Origin: an uncultured virus (IMG/VR IMGVR_UViG_2061766007_000276) | Taxonomy: Duplodnaviria > Heunggongvirae > Uroviricota > Caudoviricetes | IMG/VR virus record: IMGVR_UViG_2061766007_000276 | DNA length: 64,000 nt | Strand: one strand, 5' to 3' | In this document: one piece after another, positions 19,817 through 29,985 of the stretch | Layout of the letters: every line of letters starts with the position of its first letter | How positions within the stretch are numbered: the stretch's first letter is position 1 | The notes under the pieces: generated by a model | Told to the model about the DNA's origin: nothing | The model's input: only the letters and a program-made list of their open reading frames with translations | Database searches by the model: none | Made by a program: the position numbers and the translations under genes

Positions 19817-22800
19817 ATGGCGAAAAGTAGTACAAAAGTGTCGATCACCGCAAAGCCGAACGTGGCGCCTAATGGTTTGAAGCTCATCGTTACCCACAAT
19901 CGCACGGCAATGTACGTAAATGTGGAATGGGGATATCCGAACAAATCTACCGATAAGACAAATCCTAGGCGAATGACGAGCGTATGGCTTCGAGTCATGT
20001 TGGATACCGATGTGAGGCAAAACGTCACCGGCACAAAGACCGTCAAAGTGCGGGATACCATACAGGATCAGATAGACAAGCTGAAAAAGACGAAGCCGAT
20101 GACCAAGAAAATAAAGGCGAAGATAAAGAAGCTGGAAAAAGAGCAGGACAAGAACAAGCTGACGAAGAAGAGCAAGACAAAGGTAGCTGTGACGACGGTG
20201 ACCAGCGGCGTCAAATACAAATACATCACCAACGTCGACACGGAAGGTTTGAAGAAGAAGTGGTCTTGCCCCACCGTAGACTTGTCCGGCTATTTCCCTA
20301 CCAAAGACAACACGTACATACAAAGCGTGGTCGTACAAGTTCAGGGTAGGAACACCAAGTGTAAGAATGGCTGGAATTCCGACGTTCCTTATGCCACGAA
20401 ACAAGTCCAGTTTGCTGCTCCTGAGACCCCACAGGTAGAGAAAAGTTACGTGGCTACCACGAGAGAAACCACGTTTACGGTCACTGGTTCCGATCCTAGC
20501 GACGGAACCAGGCCTGTTTACAAGATGGTTGGGACGTTCACCGTAAAGAAGATAACCTATAACGAATCGAGAAAGACTTATTCCGACGACACTATAAGGA
20601 ACGAGAACGTTTCTGTCGACGGTCTCGAAGACAATAGGAAATTCAGGTTGGATGCAAACAATTTCATAACCTTGAACCAGTCCATAACCGCCGAGCTGAC
20701 CATGAGGGCTCAAGGATGCTGCGGGGAAAGCGGATCCGATTCGAAAAGCTATAAGTGGGCATATCCAGGCGACAAGAAGATAACCAGCATAAGCACCGGC
20801 GGGGATTTGCGGACGATATACGTCAGCGACGATGGAAAGCAGGATCATAGAAGAACAGATGCCATGTGGCTCGAACGCTTCCATAGTTTCGTCCCTAACG
20901 CCAGGTACATATTCGACACCGATGCGAAATGGGAAGAGCTCGTGGCAGCGGAAAGCGGTTGGGAGAAATGCGGAGACGATTTCGCAGGCGACAATACCCG
21001 TTTCGTTCGATCCTATATGTTGGACAAGCAAACTGGGTCGTCCCCGTATGCTAGAACCTATTACCGCGTGGCCACTAAAAACGAGATTTTCACGCCAGAA
21101 GGGTTCTATAGGTACAGCCATCCGTTCGCCCTTCCAGGCTTCCATAGAGTACCTTCCGCTAAAAACGAGATCGTGGATTTTCTGGAATGCGTTCCAGAGG
21201 CAAACGGCACATCCGTTCGAGTCGTGCTTGCCTACCGGATAACGACGACACAGCAAGGAGATCCAAACTCCGACGGATGCGAAGTTACCTGGTCTGACGA
21301 TCCGAACGCCTGGATCAGCAACACGGCGCCAGGATCGTTCGACATGCCGGACAAAGACAACGTCGGTTCTTACAAGTACCAGGTGGATCCGTCGACTTTG
21401 TCGTCTCCGGACGATCAATGGCTAGTTCCCAAGAGCTGGCAAGGTGTCGACGAAAGAACTGAAGGCGGCGTAGTAACGGACAAGTACACCAGAAAGCTAA
21501 ACGCGCTGAAGAACAAATACCACTACTCTTCGAACGCGAGTCAGAACCAAGCCCACACATCCAAGTGCTACATAAACGGCCTTTCGGAAGGGACGAAATA
21601 CTATTTCAAAGCCAGGCGATATTTGGAGGAAACCGACGATACGCCTCGTACATATAGCGCCAAGTATACGGATTTCACAGCGAACACGGCTTATGAGGAC
21701 GAGGGATCCGCGCCCAAGCTCGTGGAGCCTTCCACCGTTCCAAAGAATATAAACGTGAAGGTGAAAACGGCCATTCCGATAGGGAAAGACGCAGAAATCG
21801 TTTGGACATTCGAAGGAGAAGGTACGCAATCAGCCTGGGAGGTTCTTTGGTATTCCCCTTCCGACATAGAGCTTGACGAAAAGGCCACCGCAAGCCAATC
21901 AAGAGTTCTACCTGGGGAGGAAAAAGCCAAAATCTGGAAAGTCAAGGGAACGGCAACTGGGACCTTGCTGAAAGAAGGTCAAGACGCATCCGGTTACACC
22001 GTCATACCGTATTATCCCGTCTACAACGATGACAATACTCTTAGAGAGCGGGGAATAGTAGAATTCCTTCAAGGTGCGTCGATCTTCATAGCAGTCAGGA
22101 CGAAGACCACCGGAGATTTCGGTTTGTCCGCTCCAGTGCAGCTATCTTACAAGACGTCTCCAGAAGCGGCCTTGGGATATCCTGCTATAGTGACGGCTCT
22201 TCCGTTCTACTTGACAATCGGGACGAACGACATCTCGTGCGAAGCGTCCTTGAAGATAACTGCGGTGAATAGCGCGTCAGAACAACATCCGGATGGGATG
22301 TTCATGCAACCGGAAGGTTCCGTGGTATTCAGCAAGAAGTACACACCCACTGAGATAGGATGGATGAAGGACAACCCTCCGGCTCTTCCGGAGACAGACC
22401 CTGACAAATGGCACGATATCAATAACGTCCCCTACAGAGAGGACACGTCGGTTTTATATAGAGTTTACCGTAGCGGGAGCTCTTACACCGTGCCGGAGAA
22501 AGATATTCCCCTGTACGAGCTGAAGGAACTTGGAATAGAGGCCATTGATCCCGTAAAAGTGTGGAAAATAGGAGGAACCGACGAACCGGCGCTTCCAATG
22601 GAGATAAAAACATCTTCCAATGGCTATTACTCTTCCAACCCGTCTGCAAACGGATGGTACGAAAGACTTGGCAAATACGGGGAGTATGCTTACGTCGAAA
22701 CCTCGGACACGAGCATTCCGGCGACGTCTAGTAAAACATATTACGACGTGTCCACCGGGTGGTCAACCGAGCCTCCTGCTTATAATCCGGTGAAACCCAA

Positions 22801-23965
22801 CTACTACTATGCATACAAATATTCCGTAGCAAACGACGAAGCCGATGCCGCTGAGAAAACCGCCTACGCTTGGACTTCTGTGCAACTGGACGAGGGCATG
22901 AGCTCATTGAAAGCCGATCAAAACTATCAAGGCGACGCAATCGATCTGTACCGTTCATCGACAGACGCCGGATATTTCGCGAACGTCCAAATACCGAGAG
23001 GACTGGATTTCTACGATAGCAAGAAATACAGGATATCCGTGGTTATAAAAGATACCGAGAGCAAACTCGACTCGAGGCTTTTGAACGAAGACAACGAATT
23101 GACGCCTTTAGAAAGGGAGTTCGAAGTACAGTTCGAACGGGAATCTTTGGCTCCGAGAAGGGACTCGGCGTATATATTCTCCGATCCGTCTTCGCTATCT
23201 ACGACAATAGTGTTGAACAGGCCTATTCTCCAACCCGAAGGAGACGTTTGCGATATTTACCGTGTTACTCCAGACGGGGCCGAGAAAATACTCTCGGATG
23301 TATCATACGGTCAAACGGTAACAGATCTGTATGCCCCATATGCCACGAACAAAGTTTCGTACAGCAACCCGCAGGAAAAAGCCATCAACACTAGATATAG
23401 AATAGCGAACAAAACTCCGGACGGCATGATGGCCTGGGACGATTACCAATACAGTTTAAACCATACAGCCATCCGTTTCGATTGGGGAGATCCTAACGAA
23501 AACGAATGGGGGTACAATCATCTAGAAATACCCTACAATTTAAACTATACCGATACGTTCAAGAAGTATTTCGAGGCCAGACATCATCTTGGTCAGAAAA
23601 AACCGGTTGGGTTCTGGGTAACGAATCTGGATCGTACGAGCTCCATATCGACAGATATCATAAAATACGACGATCCTAGGGATAAAGAGGCTTTAAGGGC
23701 GTTGGCCAGTTATTCAGGTCCTGTCATGGTGCGCCGCCCAGATGGATGCGCATATTTGGCAAATGTCGAAGTTAACAAAATACAGAACAGTTACGATTCC
23801 CAGGTCGTTCCTGTGTCATTCGAGATAACGGAGATAGAACTGACAGACGAGTTCGGGGGATCTTCCGGAGAGCATCTTAACGAGGAAGACAAGGTTTATC
23901 TGAATACGTTGGACTCGTTACCATCGACGTTCGCCACAGAGAAGGTGCATGAGCTGACAGCATAG
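19817..23965 (+). CDS. Large minor tail / tail-tip protein (beta-rich)
   Basis: About 1380 aa directly after the tape measure. FN3-like segments (GLSEGTKYYFKARRY) and an NPxxxGWYE module. Confidence 0.7.
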   Translation: MAKSSTKVSITAKPNVAPNGLKLIVTHNRTAMYVNVEWGYPNKSTDKTNPRRMTSVWLRVMLDTDVRQNVTGTKTVKVRDTIQDQIDKLKKTKPMTKKIKAKIKKLEKEQDKNKLTKKSKTKVAVTTVTSGVKYKYITNVDTEGLKKKWSCPTVDLSGYFPTKDNTYIQSVVVQVQGRNTKCKNGWNSDVPYATKQVQFAAPETPQVEKSYVATTRETTFTVTGSDPSDGTRPVYKMVGTFTVKKITYNESRKTYSDDTIRNENVSVDGLEDNRKFRLDANNFITLNQSITAELTMRAQGCCGESGSDSKSYKWAYPGDKKITSISTGGDLRTIYVSDDGKQDHRRTDAMWLERFHSFVPNARYIFDTDAKWEELVAAESGWEKCGDDFAGDNTRFVRSYMLDKQTGSSPYARTYYRVATKNEIFTPEGFYRYSHPFALPGFHRVPSAKNEIVDFLECVPEANGTSVRVVLAYRITTTQQGDPNSDGCEVTWSDDPNAWISNTAPGSFDMPDKDNVGSYKYQVDPSTLSSPDDQWLVPKSWQGVDERTEGGVVTDKYTRKLNALKNKYHYSSNASQNQAHTSKCYINGLSEGTKYYFKARRYLEETDDTPRTYSAKYTDFTANTAYEDEGSAPKLVEPSTVPKNINVKVKTAIPIGKDAEIVWTFEGEGTQSAWEVLWYSPSDIELDEKATASQSRVLPGEEKAKIWKVKGTATGTLLKEGQDASGYTVIPYYPVYNDDNTLRERGIVEFLQGASIFIAVRTKTTGDFGLSAPVQLSYKTSPEAALGYPAIVTALPFYLTIGTNDISCEASLKITAVNSASEQHPDGMFMQPEGSVVFSKKYTPTEIGWMKDNPPALPETDPDKWHDINNVPYREDTSVLYRVYRSGSSYTVPEKDIPLYELKELGIEAIDPVKVWKIGGTDEPALPMEIKTSSNGYYSSNPSANGWYERLGKYGEYAYVETSDTSIPATSSKTYYDVSTGWSTEPPAYNPVKPNYYYAYKYSVANDEADAAEKTAYAWTSVQLDEGMSSLKADQNYQGDAIDLYRSSTDAGYFANVQIPRGLDFYDSKKYRISVVIKDTESKLDSRLLNEDNELTPLEREFEVQFERESLAPRRDSAYIFSDPSSLSTTIVLNRPILQPEGDVCDIYRVTPDGAEKILSDVSYGQTVTDLYAPYATNKVSYSNPQEKAINTRYRIANKTPDGMMAWDDYQYSLNHTAIRFDWGDPNENEWGYNHLEIPYNLNYTDTFKKYFEARHHLGQKKPVGFWVTNLDRTSSISTDIIKYDDPRDKEALRALASYSGPVMVRRPDGCAYLANVEVNKIQNSYDSQVVPVSFEITEIELTDEFGGSSGEHLNEEDKVYLNTLDSLPSTFATEKVHELTA

Positions 23966-23978
23966 AAGGGAGCAGACG

Positions 23979-25034
23979 GTGATCGATTTCTCCAAAGCAT
24001 ACGTTTCCCATTGGAATGTCGTGAAGGTAGATCCTGACACTTGGGTCGATGGCGAAATCGTCACCTCTGTGGCGTCTGTTTCCGTGAACAGAGATGCTAC
24101 AGATTCCGTACCATTGCTCGAGACGGCAACCCTAGAAATGGACGCAGATATTCTAGACGATTTCAATGACGGGTGGTATCGAATAATCCTGAACGCTCGC
24201 CAAGGAGGGCTATACGAAAGGCATCCCATAGCGACGGTTCTGTTCCAGAAAACGGATGACACCGTAGCTTATGGGAGGGCCACCGTGTCGCTTTCCGGCG
24301 CATCGGTGCTGAAACCGTTGGAGGAACGGAAGAATGTAGGAACAAATTACAGGTATGTTCCAAAGGGCACGAACGGAGCCAAGTGGGTGAAGAATCTGAT
24401 AGACGAAGCCTGCTTATCGGATTGCGTCGTTTTCGGAGAAGGGTTCACGTTGAACAACAACATAGTGTTCTCTCCGGGCGTGTCATATCTTGAAATGGTA
24501 TGGAACGTGCTCGATACCGGAAAGTGGTGCATGATGATAGACGGCGAAGGCACCATAAGCGTTCTTAAAAAGCCTACAGAACCAACAGTCACTTTGAACC
24601 AAGCTTCGGCGAGAAACATAATGCCGTCTGTCAAGAGGACTTTGAGCCGGGAAAACGTGCCCAACAGATATTATGCCATCGACCGTGACGGCACGAGAGA
24701 AGTCGCGGAAAACCACCTTCTTTCTAGCAAGCTCAGCTATGAAAACCGTGGGCGCTGGATAGACTATGTGGACGCCTCCCCAAACAAGATCAACGGCGAG
24801 ACGCTTTACTCGTATGTGAGGAGGCGTTTGGAGGAGGAAAGCACGTTGATGCGCTCGTTTTCCTATACCAGGGAGTATTGGCCTAATGTTTACCCGTTTT
24901 CCATGGTTTCGGCTTCGTTACCTTGGGAAGGTCTTGACGGAGATCTTAGGGTTCTGTCGCAGAGCATTTCCTGTGGTGTTGGTATCACAGTCGATGAGAC
25001 CGCGGGATTGGAAATCAAGGAGTGGACGGCATGA
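23979..25034 (+). CDS. Minor tail (hub-like) protein
   Basis: 351 aa, GTG start after GAAGGGAG. NVPNRYYA motif; tail-module position. Confidence 0.65.
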   Translation: MIDFSKAYVSHWNVVKVDPDTWVDGEIVTSVASVSVNRDATDSVPLLETATLEMDADILDDFNDGWYRIILNARQGGLYERHPIATVLFQKTDDTVAYGRATVSLSGASVLKPLEERKNVGTNYRYVPKGTNGAKWVKNLIDEACLSDCVVFGEGFTLNNNIVFSPGVSYLEMVWNVLDTGKWCMMIDGEGTISVLKKPTEPTVTLNQASARNIMPSVKRTLSRENVPNRYYAIDRDGTREVAENHLLSSKLSYENRGRWIDYVDASPNKINGETLYSYVRRRLEEESTLMRSFSYTREYWPNVYPFSMVSASLPWEGLDGDLRVLSQSISCGVGITVDETAGLEIKEWTA

Positions 25035-27473
25035 GCAACCTATCTCCGGACGTTTTGGATTGGCTGGAATCGGTCATTGACCGCAAGATTCAAAATGCGC
25101 TTCTGAAAGTGACCAAAACCACACATCGTTCAAAGGTCTTGTCTACAGACAAGGATGGCACCATATATGTCGACATTCCGGGTTTGGCCTACAATGTGCC
25201 GATAGAGACTTCTTACTCCGAAGTTTCCCCGGGGGATACCGTGCAGGTCGAAATAGAGAATGGCAAGTACGGTAAAATTGTCGGCAACGAATCTGATCCT
25301 GCACAGACGGCTTCATCTTCGGCCAAAGTCGCATACGGCGTGATGATCGAAAATGCAGACGAGATAATGGGGTCCGTCATCGAACGGGAGCTTGGAAGGT
25401 TCAAGCAGCTCGAAGTAGACGAAGCTTTTATTCGGAGTTTGATCGCGGACAAAGCCGACATAGATTTCGCGAACATAAACATCGCGAATATGAACAAAGC
25501 CACCATAACAGATCTTGTGGCGGCTTCAGCTCTTTTCGACGAGATAAGGGCGCAAGACGGGAGTTTGGATAATCTGAGCGCCCATTTCGCCACCATCGAC
25601 TTCGCGAACATAGACATCGCGAATATGAACAAAGCCACCATAACAGATCTTGTGGCGGNNNNNNNNNNNNNNNNNNNNNNNNNNNNNNNNNNNNNNNNNN
25701 NNNNNNNNNNNNNNNNNNNNNNNNNNNNNNNNNNNNNNNNNNNNNNNNNNNNNNNNNNNNNNNNNNNNNNNNNNNNNNNNNNNNNNNNACCTGCGGGCCC
25801 ACTTCGCCGACATCGACTTGGCGAACGTACAGACCCTCATAGCGGAGAGCGTCGACGCTCAGCTCCTCGAGGCCGTCAAGGCCAGGCTCACGTACCTTAT
25901 AGCGCATTCCGCGTACATCGACAGGCTCGTGGCCCAGGACGGCAGCTTCACCGACTACCTGCAGGGCGTCACCATCTTAGGCGACCTCATCAAGGCCAAC
26001 ACCATCATGGCCGACCGGATCATCTATCCTGGCGAGAACGGCATGTACTACATGCTGAACTACCACGGCGGATATTCGCAGGTTGTCATGACGGTCGACA
26101 TGGATCCGAGCGAGGAGGGGCTCCTGGAGCTGGTGGAGACGGAGGACCCCGTAACAGGCAAGATCTCCGTGCAGTACGTTCCAACCCAGGACACCACGAG
26201 CTTCATATGGGTGCGCGTCCTCCCAGTTTCGGCAGATGCGAATCCGAGCGAGGCCGGATATTACGAATCTGACGGACAGGGCGGTTACGTCCCATCGGCT
26301 NNNNNNNNNNGCACCATCATGGCCGACCGGATCATCTACCCTGGCGAGAACGGCATGTACTACATGCTGAACTACCACGGTGGATATTCGCAGGTTGTCA
26401 TGACGGTCGACATGGACCCGAGCGAGGAGGGGCTCCTGGAGCTGGTGGAGACGGAGGACCCCGTAACNNNNNNNNNNGGACCTGCAGCCCGAGGACAATC
26501 CGTCCGACCACGGATATTACGAGTCCGACGGGGAAGGCGGGTACGTCCAGACGCAGGATACCGCGCCGGAGTCCGGGAAGACCTACTACAGGCAGGACTC
26601 CGATGGCATCACGTACTATGTCAAGTCCTTGAACGGCAAGAAATACTACATCCAGGAGGACGGCTACGACATTCCCCTGGACGACGAGAAGTATCGGAGC
26701 GCCCTCGACGGCAGCCGAATAGTCGCGAACTCCATAACGGCCAACCAGTTGAACGTCGAGAACATCACGGCCACTGGAAACGCNNNNNNNNNNNNNNNNN
26801 NNNNNNNNNNNNNNNNNNNNNNNNNNNNNNNNNNNNNNNNNNNNNNNNNNNNNNNNNNGCACATCCTCGTTGCCGATCACACTCCAGGTGTGGAAGGTGG
26901 GGAGAACCAGCCGGAGCTCGGATTCTACAACGGCAAGGACACCATATACGCTCCGAAGGACTTCCCCAAGGACATCTCGGAGCTCTACGAGGAAGTCGGG
27001 GGCCTGTCCGCTTCCGACGATCCCGAGGCGTTGGGATATTACGAATCCGACGGCCAGGGCNNNNNNNNNNNNNNNNNNNNNNNNNNNNNNNNNNNNNNNN
27101 NNGTTAAGCGGACGCCTTTCCAGCTCGGATATTACGAGGTGGACGGAGTCGACGGTCTTGGAAACCCGGTCTACGTCCCGACGTTGGACGACGAGTGGCT
27201 TTACCTAGTCGTCGAGGATCCCGAGGAGGATCCGTCGGACGCCGGATATTACGAGTACGACGACCAGNNNNNNNNNNNNNNNNNNNNNNNNNNNNNNNNN
27301 NNNNNNNNNNNNNNNNNNNNNNNNNNNNNNNNNNNNNNNNNNNNNNCATCGACGGGCGTCAGCTCCTGATTCCGTTCTCGGTCGTTCTCAACCAGATGAT
27401 GTTGGGCGACTGGGCATGGACTTACAGGCATAACGGTAACATGGACCTGGTCTACATGGGCTCGGAGGACTGA
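25031..27473 (+). CDS. Tail spike/fibre protein (broken by several N gaps)
   Basis: N-terminal OB-like segment (VSPGDTVQV), repeated IDFANI, IxANSITA, several NP/DPxxxGYYE modules, and C-terminal GDWAWTYRHNGNMDL. Continuity across gaps is inferred. Confidence 0.6.
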
Positions 27474-27474
27474 A

Positions 27475-29985
27475 ATGGCTGATTTCACGATAGGCGACTA
27501 CGACTACACTATAATTAGCGGGACTACGAACGTGTCGATGGAGGTGCACGACGACACTAAGACGTCATACGCGGATCCCACAGGTACAGTCGTGTACGAT
27601 GGCGTCACTTACACTGTCACGAGCATGTACGAATGCTTCTCAGAATGTACTAATTTAGTTGCGCCTCCTGCCCTTTCGAACCTGACGGCCGTGACGAATA
27701 TGGGGGAATGCTTCTACAAGTGCTCCAGCCTGACCACGCCACCTGACCTTAGCAACTTGACGCTTGTTACGGATATGAGCTACTGCTTTACCTTCTGTAC
27801 CAGCCTCGCGACCCCGCCCGACCTTTCAGGCATGGCCGCCGTCACGAACATGAGCAATTGCTTCTTGGGATGCTCCGGCCTCACCACCCCGCCCGACCTC
27901 AGCAACATGACGGCCGTTACGAACATGACCCTCTGCTTCTACGGCTGCACCNNNNNNNNNNNNNNNNNNNNNNNNNNNNNNNNNNNNNNNNNNNNNNNNN
28001 NNNNNNNNNNNNNGGGCAACTGCTTCGAAGACTGCACCAGCCTCACCACTCCGCCCGACCTCAGCAACTTGACCGCCGTCGATTACATGAGCTGCTGCTT
28101 CGAAGGCTGCACCAGCCTGACCACTCCGCCCGACCTCAGCAAATTGACCGCCGTCGATTCCATAGCCTACTGCTTCCGCAATTGTACCAGCCTGACCACT
28201 CCGCCTGATCTCAGTAACCTGACGCTTATTACGGATATGTTACGCTGCTTCGAAGGCTGCACCAAAATCAGGGGCTTCCTCCGCATAGGCACTCCCACGG
28301 TACCGTCTTCGCTCGGCCAATATGCCTTCGGCCCCTCGTCTCAGGTCAACGAAGCCGATCTCTACCTCATCGTCCCATCGTCGCAGAGGACGAACTGGAC
28401 AAACTACTCCAAGCCGTCCCGGGTCAAGGTCATAGCCGCAAGCGCCTCCAACACGCAGGTCAGTTTTGGCGACTATAACTACACATACTCCACGGATGCC
28501 AGCGGCCAGCTCGCGTCCCTTGCCGCCAAGGTGATAGACACGACGAAGTCTTCCTACGAGTCTCCTTGTCCGTTGGTCACGAGCTTGGCCGAATGTTTCA
28601 AAGGATGCGCCAACCTAACCACTTCCCCGGATCTCAGCAACATGACGGCCGTTACGAACATGCGCCAATGCTTCCACAATTGCTCCAGCCTGGCCACTCC
28701 GCCTGATCTCAGCCATATGACGTTGGTTTCGAACATGTCAAACTGTTTCTTTTCTTGTCTAAGCCTTACTACTCCTCCGGACCTCACCAACATGACGGCC
28801 GTTACTATCATGGAGGGCTGTTTCTATTACTGCACCAGCCTGACCACTCCGCCGGATCTCAGCAACATGACCGCTGTGACGCACATGGGCAGCTGCTTCT
28901 CCGGTTGCTCCAGCCTAACCACTCCGCCGGACCTCAGCCATATGGCCTCTGTGACGGACATGGGCAACTGTTTCCGCAGTTGCTCCAGCCTGACCACTCC
29001 GCCGGATCTTAGCGCCATGACGGCGGTCGACAGAATGGTCGGTTGTTTCTCCGGTTGTACTAGCCTGGCCACTCTGCCGGACCTCAGCAACATGACCGCC
29101 GTGACAAATATAGGCTACTGCTTCCAGAACTGCACCAATCTCGCCACTCCTCCGGACCTCTCCAACATGACGGCGGTTACTAACATGGAGGGCTGTTTCG
29201 ACGGTTGCACCAAACTCGGAGGAGTTATTGACATAGCCACGGAGACATCGCCGTCCACTTTAGGAACTAATATTTTCGGTTCCTCGAGCCAGGTAAACGA
29301 AAGCGAGCTCCTGGTCTACGTTCCGGTGAATACCTATTCTGAGTGGGCTTCGTACACAGTTCCGGAGGGGGTGACGTTTGCGCCGTGCTATATTGCGATC
29401 GACGGCTACAGGTACGTGCCAGGAGACGATAACTGGTCGATTTCCATCATTATCAATGACAAAACGAAGACGTCCTATCCTCCGCCATTGGGAACCATAC
29501 CTTACCACGGGGAACGGCGCCCGGTCACGTCCTTGAAGGACTGCTACAAGAACTGCGTCAACCTCGAGGAAGGTCCGGATCTCTCGAACATGGTCCACGT
29601 CTACGATTTCCGCTCGTGTTTCGAGGGTTGCACTTCCATGGAGGTTCCGCCTGACATGTCCAAGTTGAAGAGCCCCGTCCTCATGTCGAGGATGTTCAAG
29701 GGCTGTTCGTCGTTGAAAACCCCGCCGGTTCTATCGAAGTGTCATATCATCACGGACATCGAGAGGTGCTTCGACGGGTGCGTCAACATGTCGGGCGTGC
29801 TCGAGATCGACAGCGGCAACGTCGTGAAGGCGGACCATTGTTTCGATGGGGCCGCCACCGGGCAGAATGTGGNNNNNNNNNNNNNNNNGAGGAGCACTAT
29901 CCCGATATTCGATTCCATAAAGAACGCCGAGTACAGGGATCCAGAGGGGTCATACCGGTACTCGATATTCATAGCAGGAGATTAG
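27475..29985 (+). CDS. LRR-repeat (BspA/DUF285-like) protein 1
   Basis: About 23 copies of a 23-aa repeat CFxxCTSLTTPPDLSNMTAVTNMxx in three blocks. Confidence 0.8.
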   Translation: MADFTIGDYDYTIISGTTNVSMEVHDDTKTSYADPTGTVVYDGVTYTVTSMYECFSECTNLVAPPALSNLTAVTNMGECFYKCSSLTTPPDLSNLTLVTDMSYCFTFCTSLATPPDLSGMAAVTNMSNCFLGCSGLTTPPDLSNMTAVTNMTLCFYGCTXXXXXXXXXXXXXXXXXXXXXGNCFEDCTSLTTPPDLSNLTAVDYMSCCFEGCTSLTTPPDLSKLTAVDSIAYCFRNCTSLTTPPDLSNLTLITDMLRCFEGCTKIRGFLRIGTPTVPSSLGQYAFGPSSQVNEADLYLIVPSSQRTNWTNYSKPSRVKVIAASASNTQVSFGDYNYTYSTDASGQLASLAAKVIDTTKSSYESPCPLVTSLAECFKGCANLTTSPDLSNMTAVTNMRQCFHNCSSLATPPDLSHMTLVSNMSNCFFSCLSLTTPPDLTNMTAVTIMEGCFYYCTSLTTPPDLSNMTAVTHMGSCFSGCSSLTTPPDLSHMASVTDMGNCFRSCSSLTTPPDLSAMTAVDRMVGCFSGCTSLATLPDLSNMTAVTNIGYCFQNCTNLATPPDLSNMTAVTNMEGCFDGCTKLGGVIDIATETSPSTLGTNIFGSSSQVNESELLVYVPVNTYSEWASYTVPEGVTFAPCYIAIDGYRYVPGDDNWSISIIINDKTKTSYPPPLGTIPYHGERRPVTSLKDCYKNCVNLEEGPDLSNMVHVYDFRSCFEGCTSMEVPPDMSKLKSPVLMSRMFKGCSSLKTPPVLSKCHIITDIERCFDGCVNMSGVLEIDSGNVVKADHCFDGAATGQNVXXXXXXRSTIPIFDSIKNAEYRDPEGSYRYSIFIAGD

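Noticed and set aside
3955..21418. Long minus-strand ORFs (e.g. 3955-5325, 15282-16832, 17223-18461, 19760-21418)
   Set aside because: They are antisense shadows of well-supported + strand genes in GC-rich DNA, with no recognisable motifs.
26000..26470. ~155-bp duplication in the spike gene
   Set aside because: The second copy is bounded by N gaps and differs only at a few synonymous sites, so it is most likely a strain variant placed twice by the assembler.
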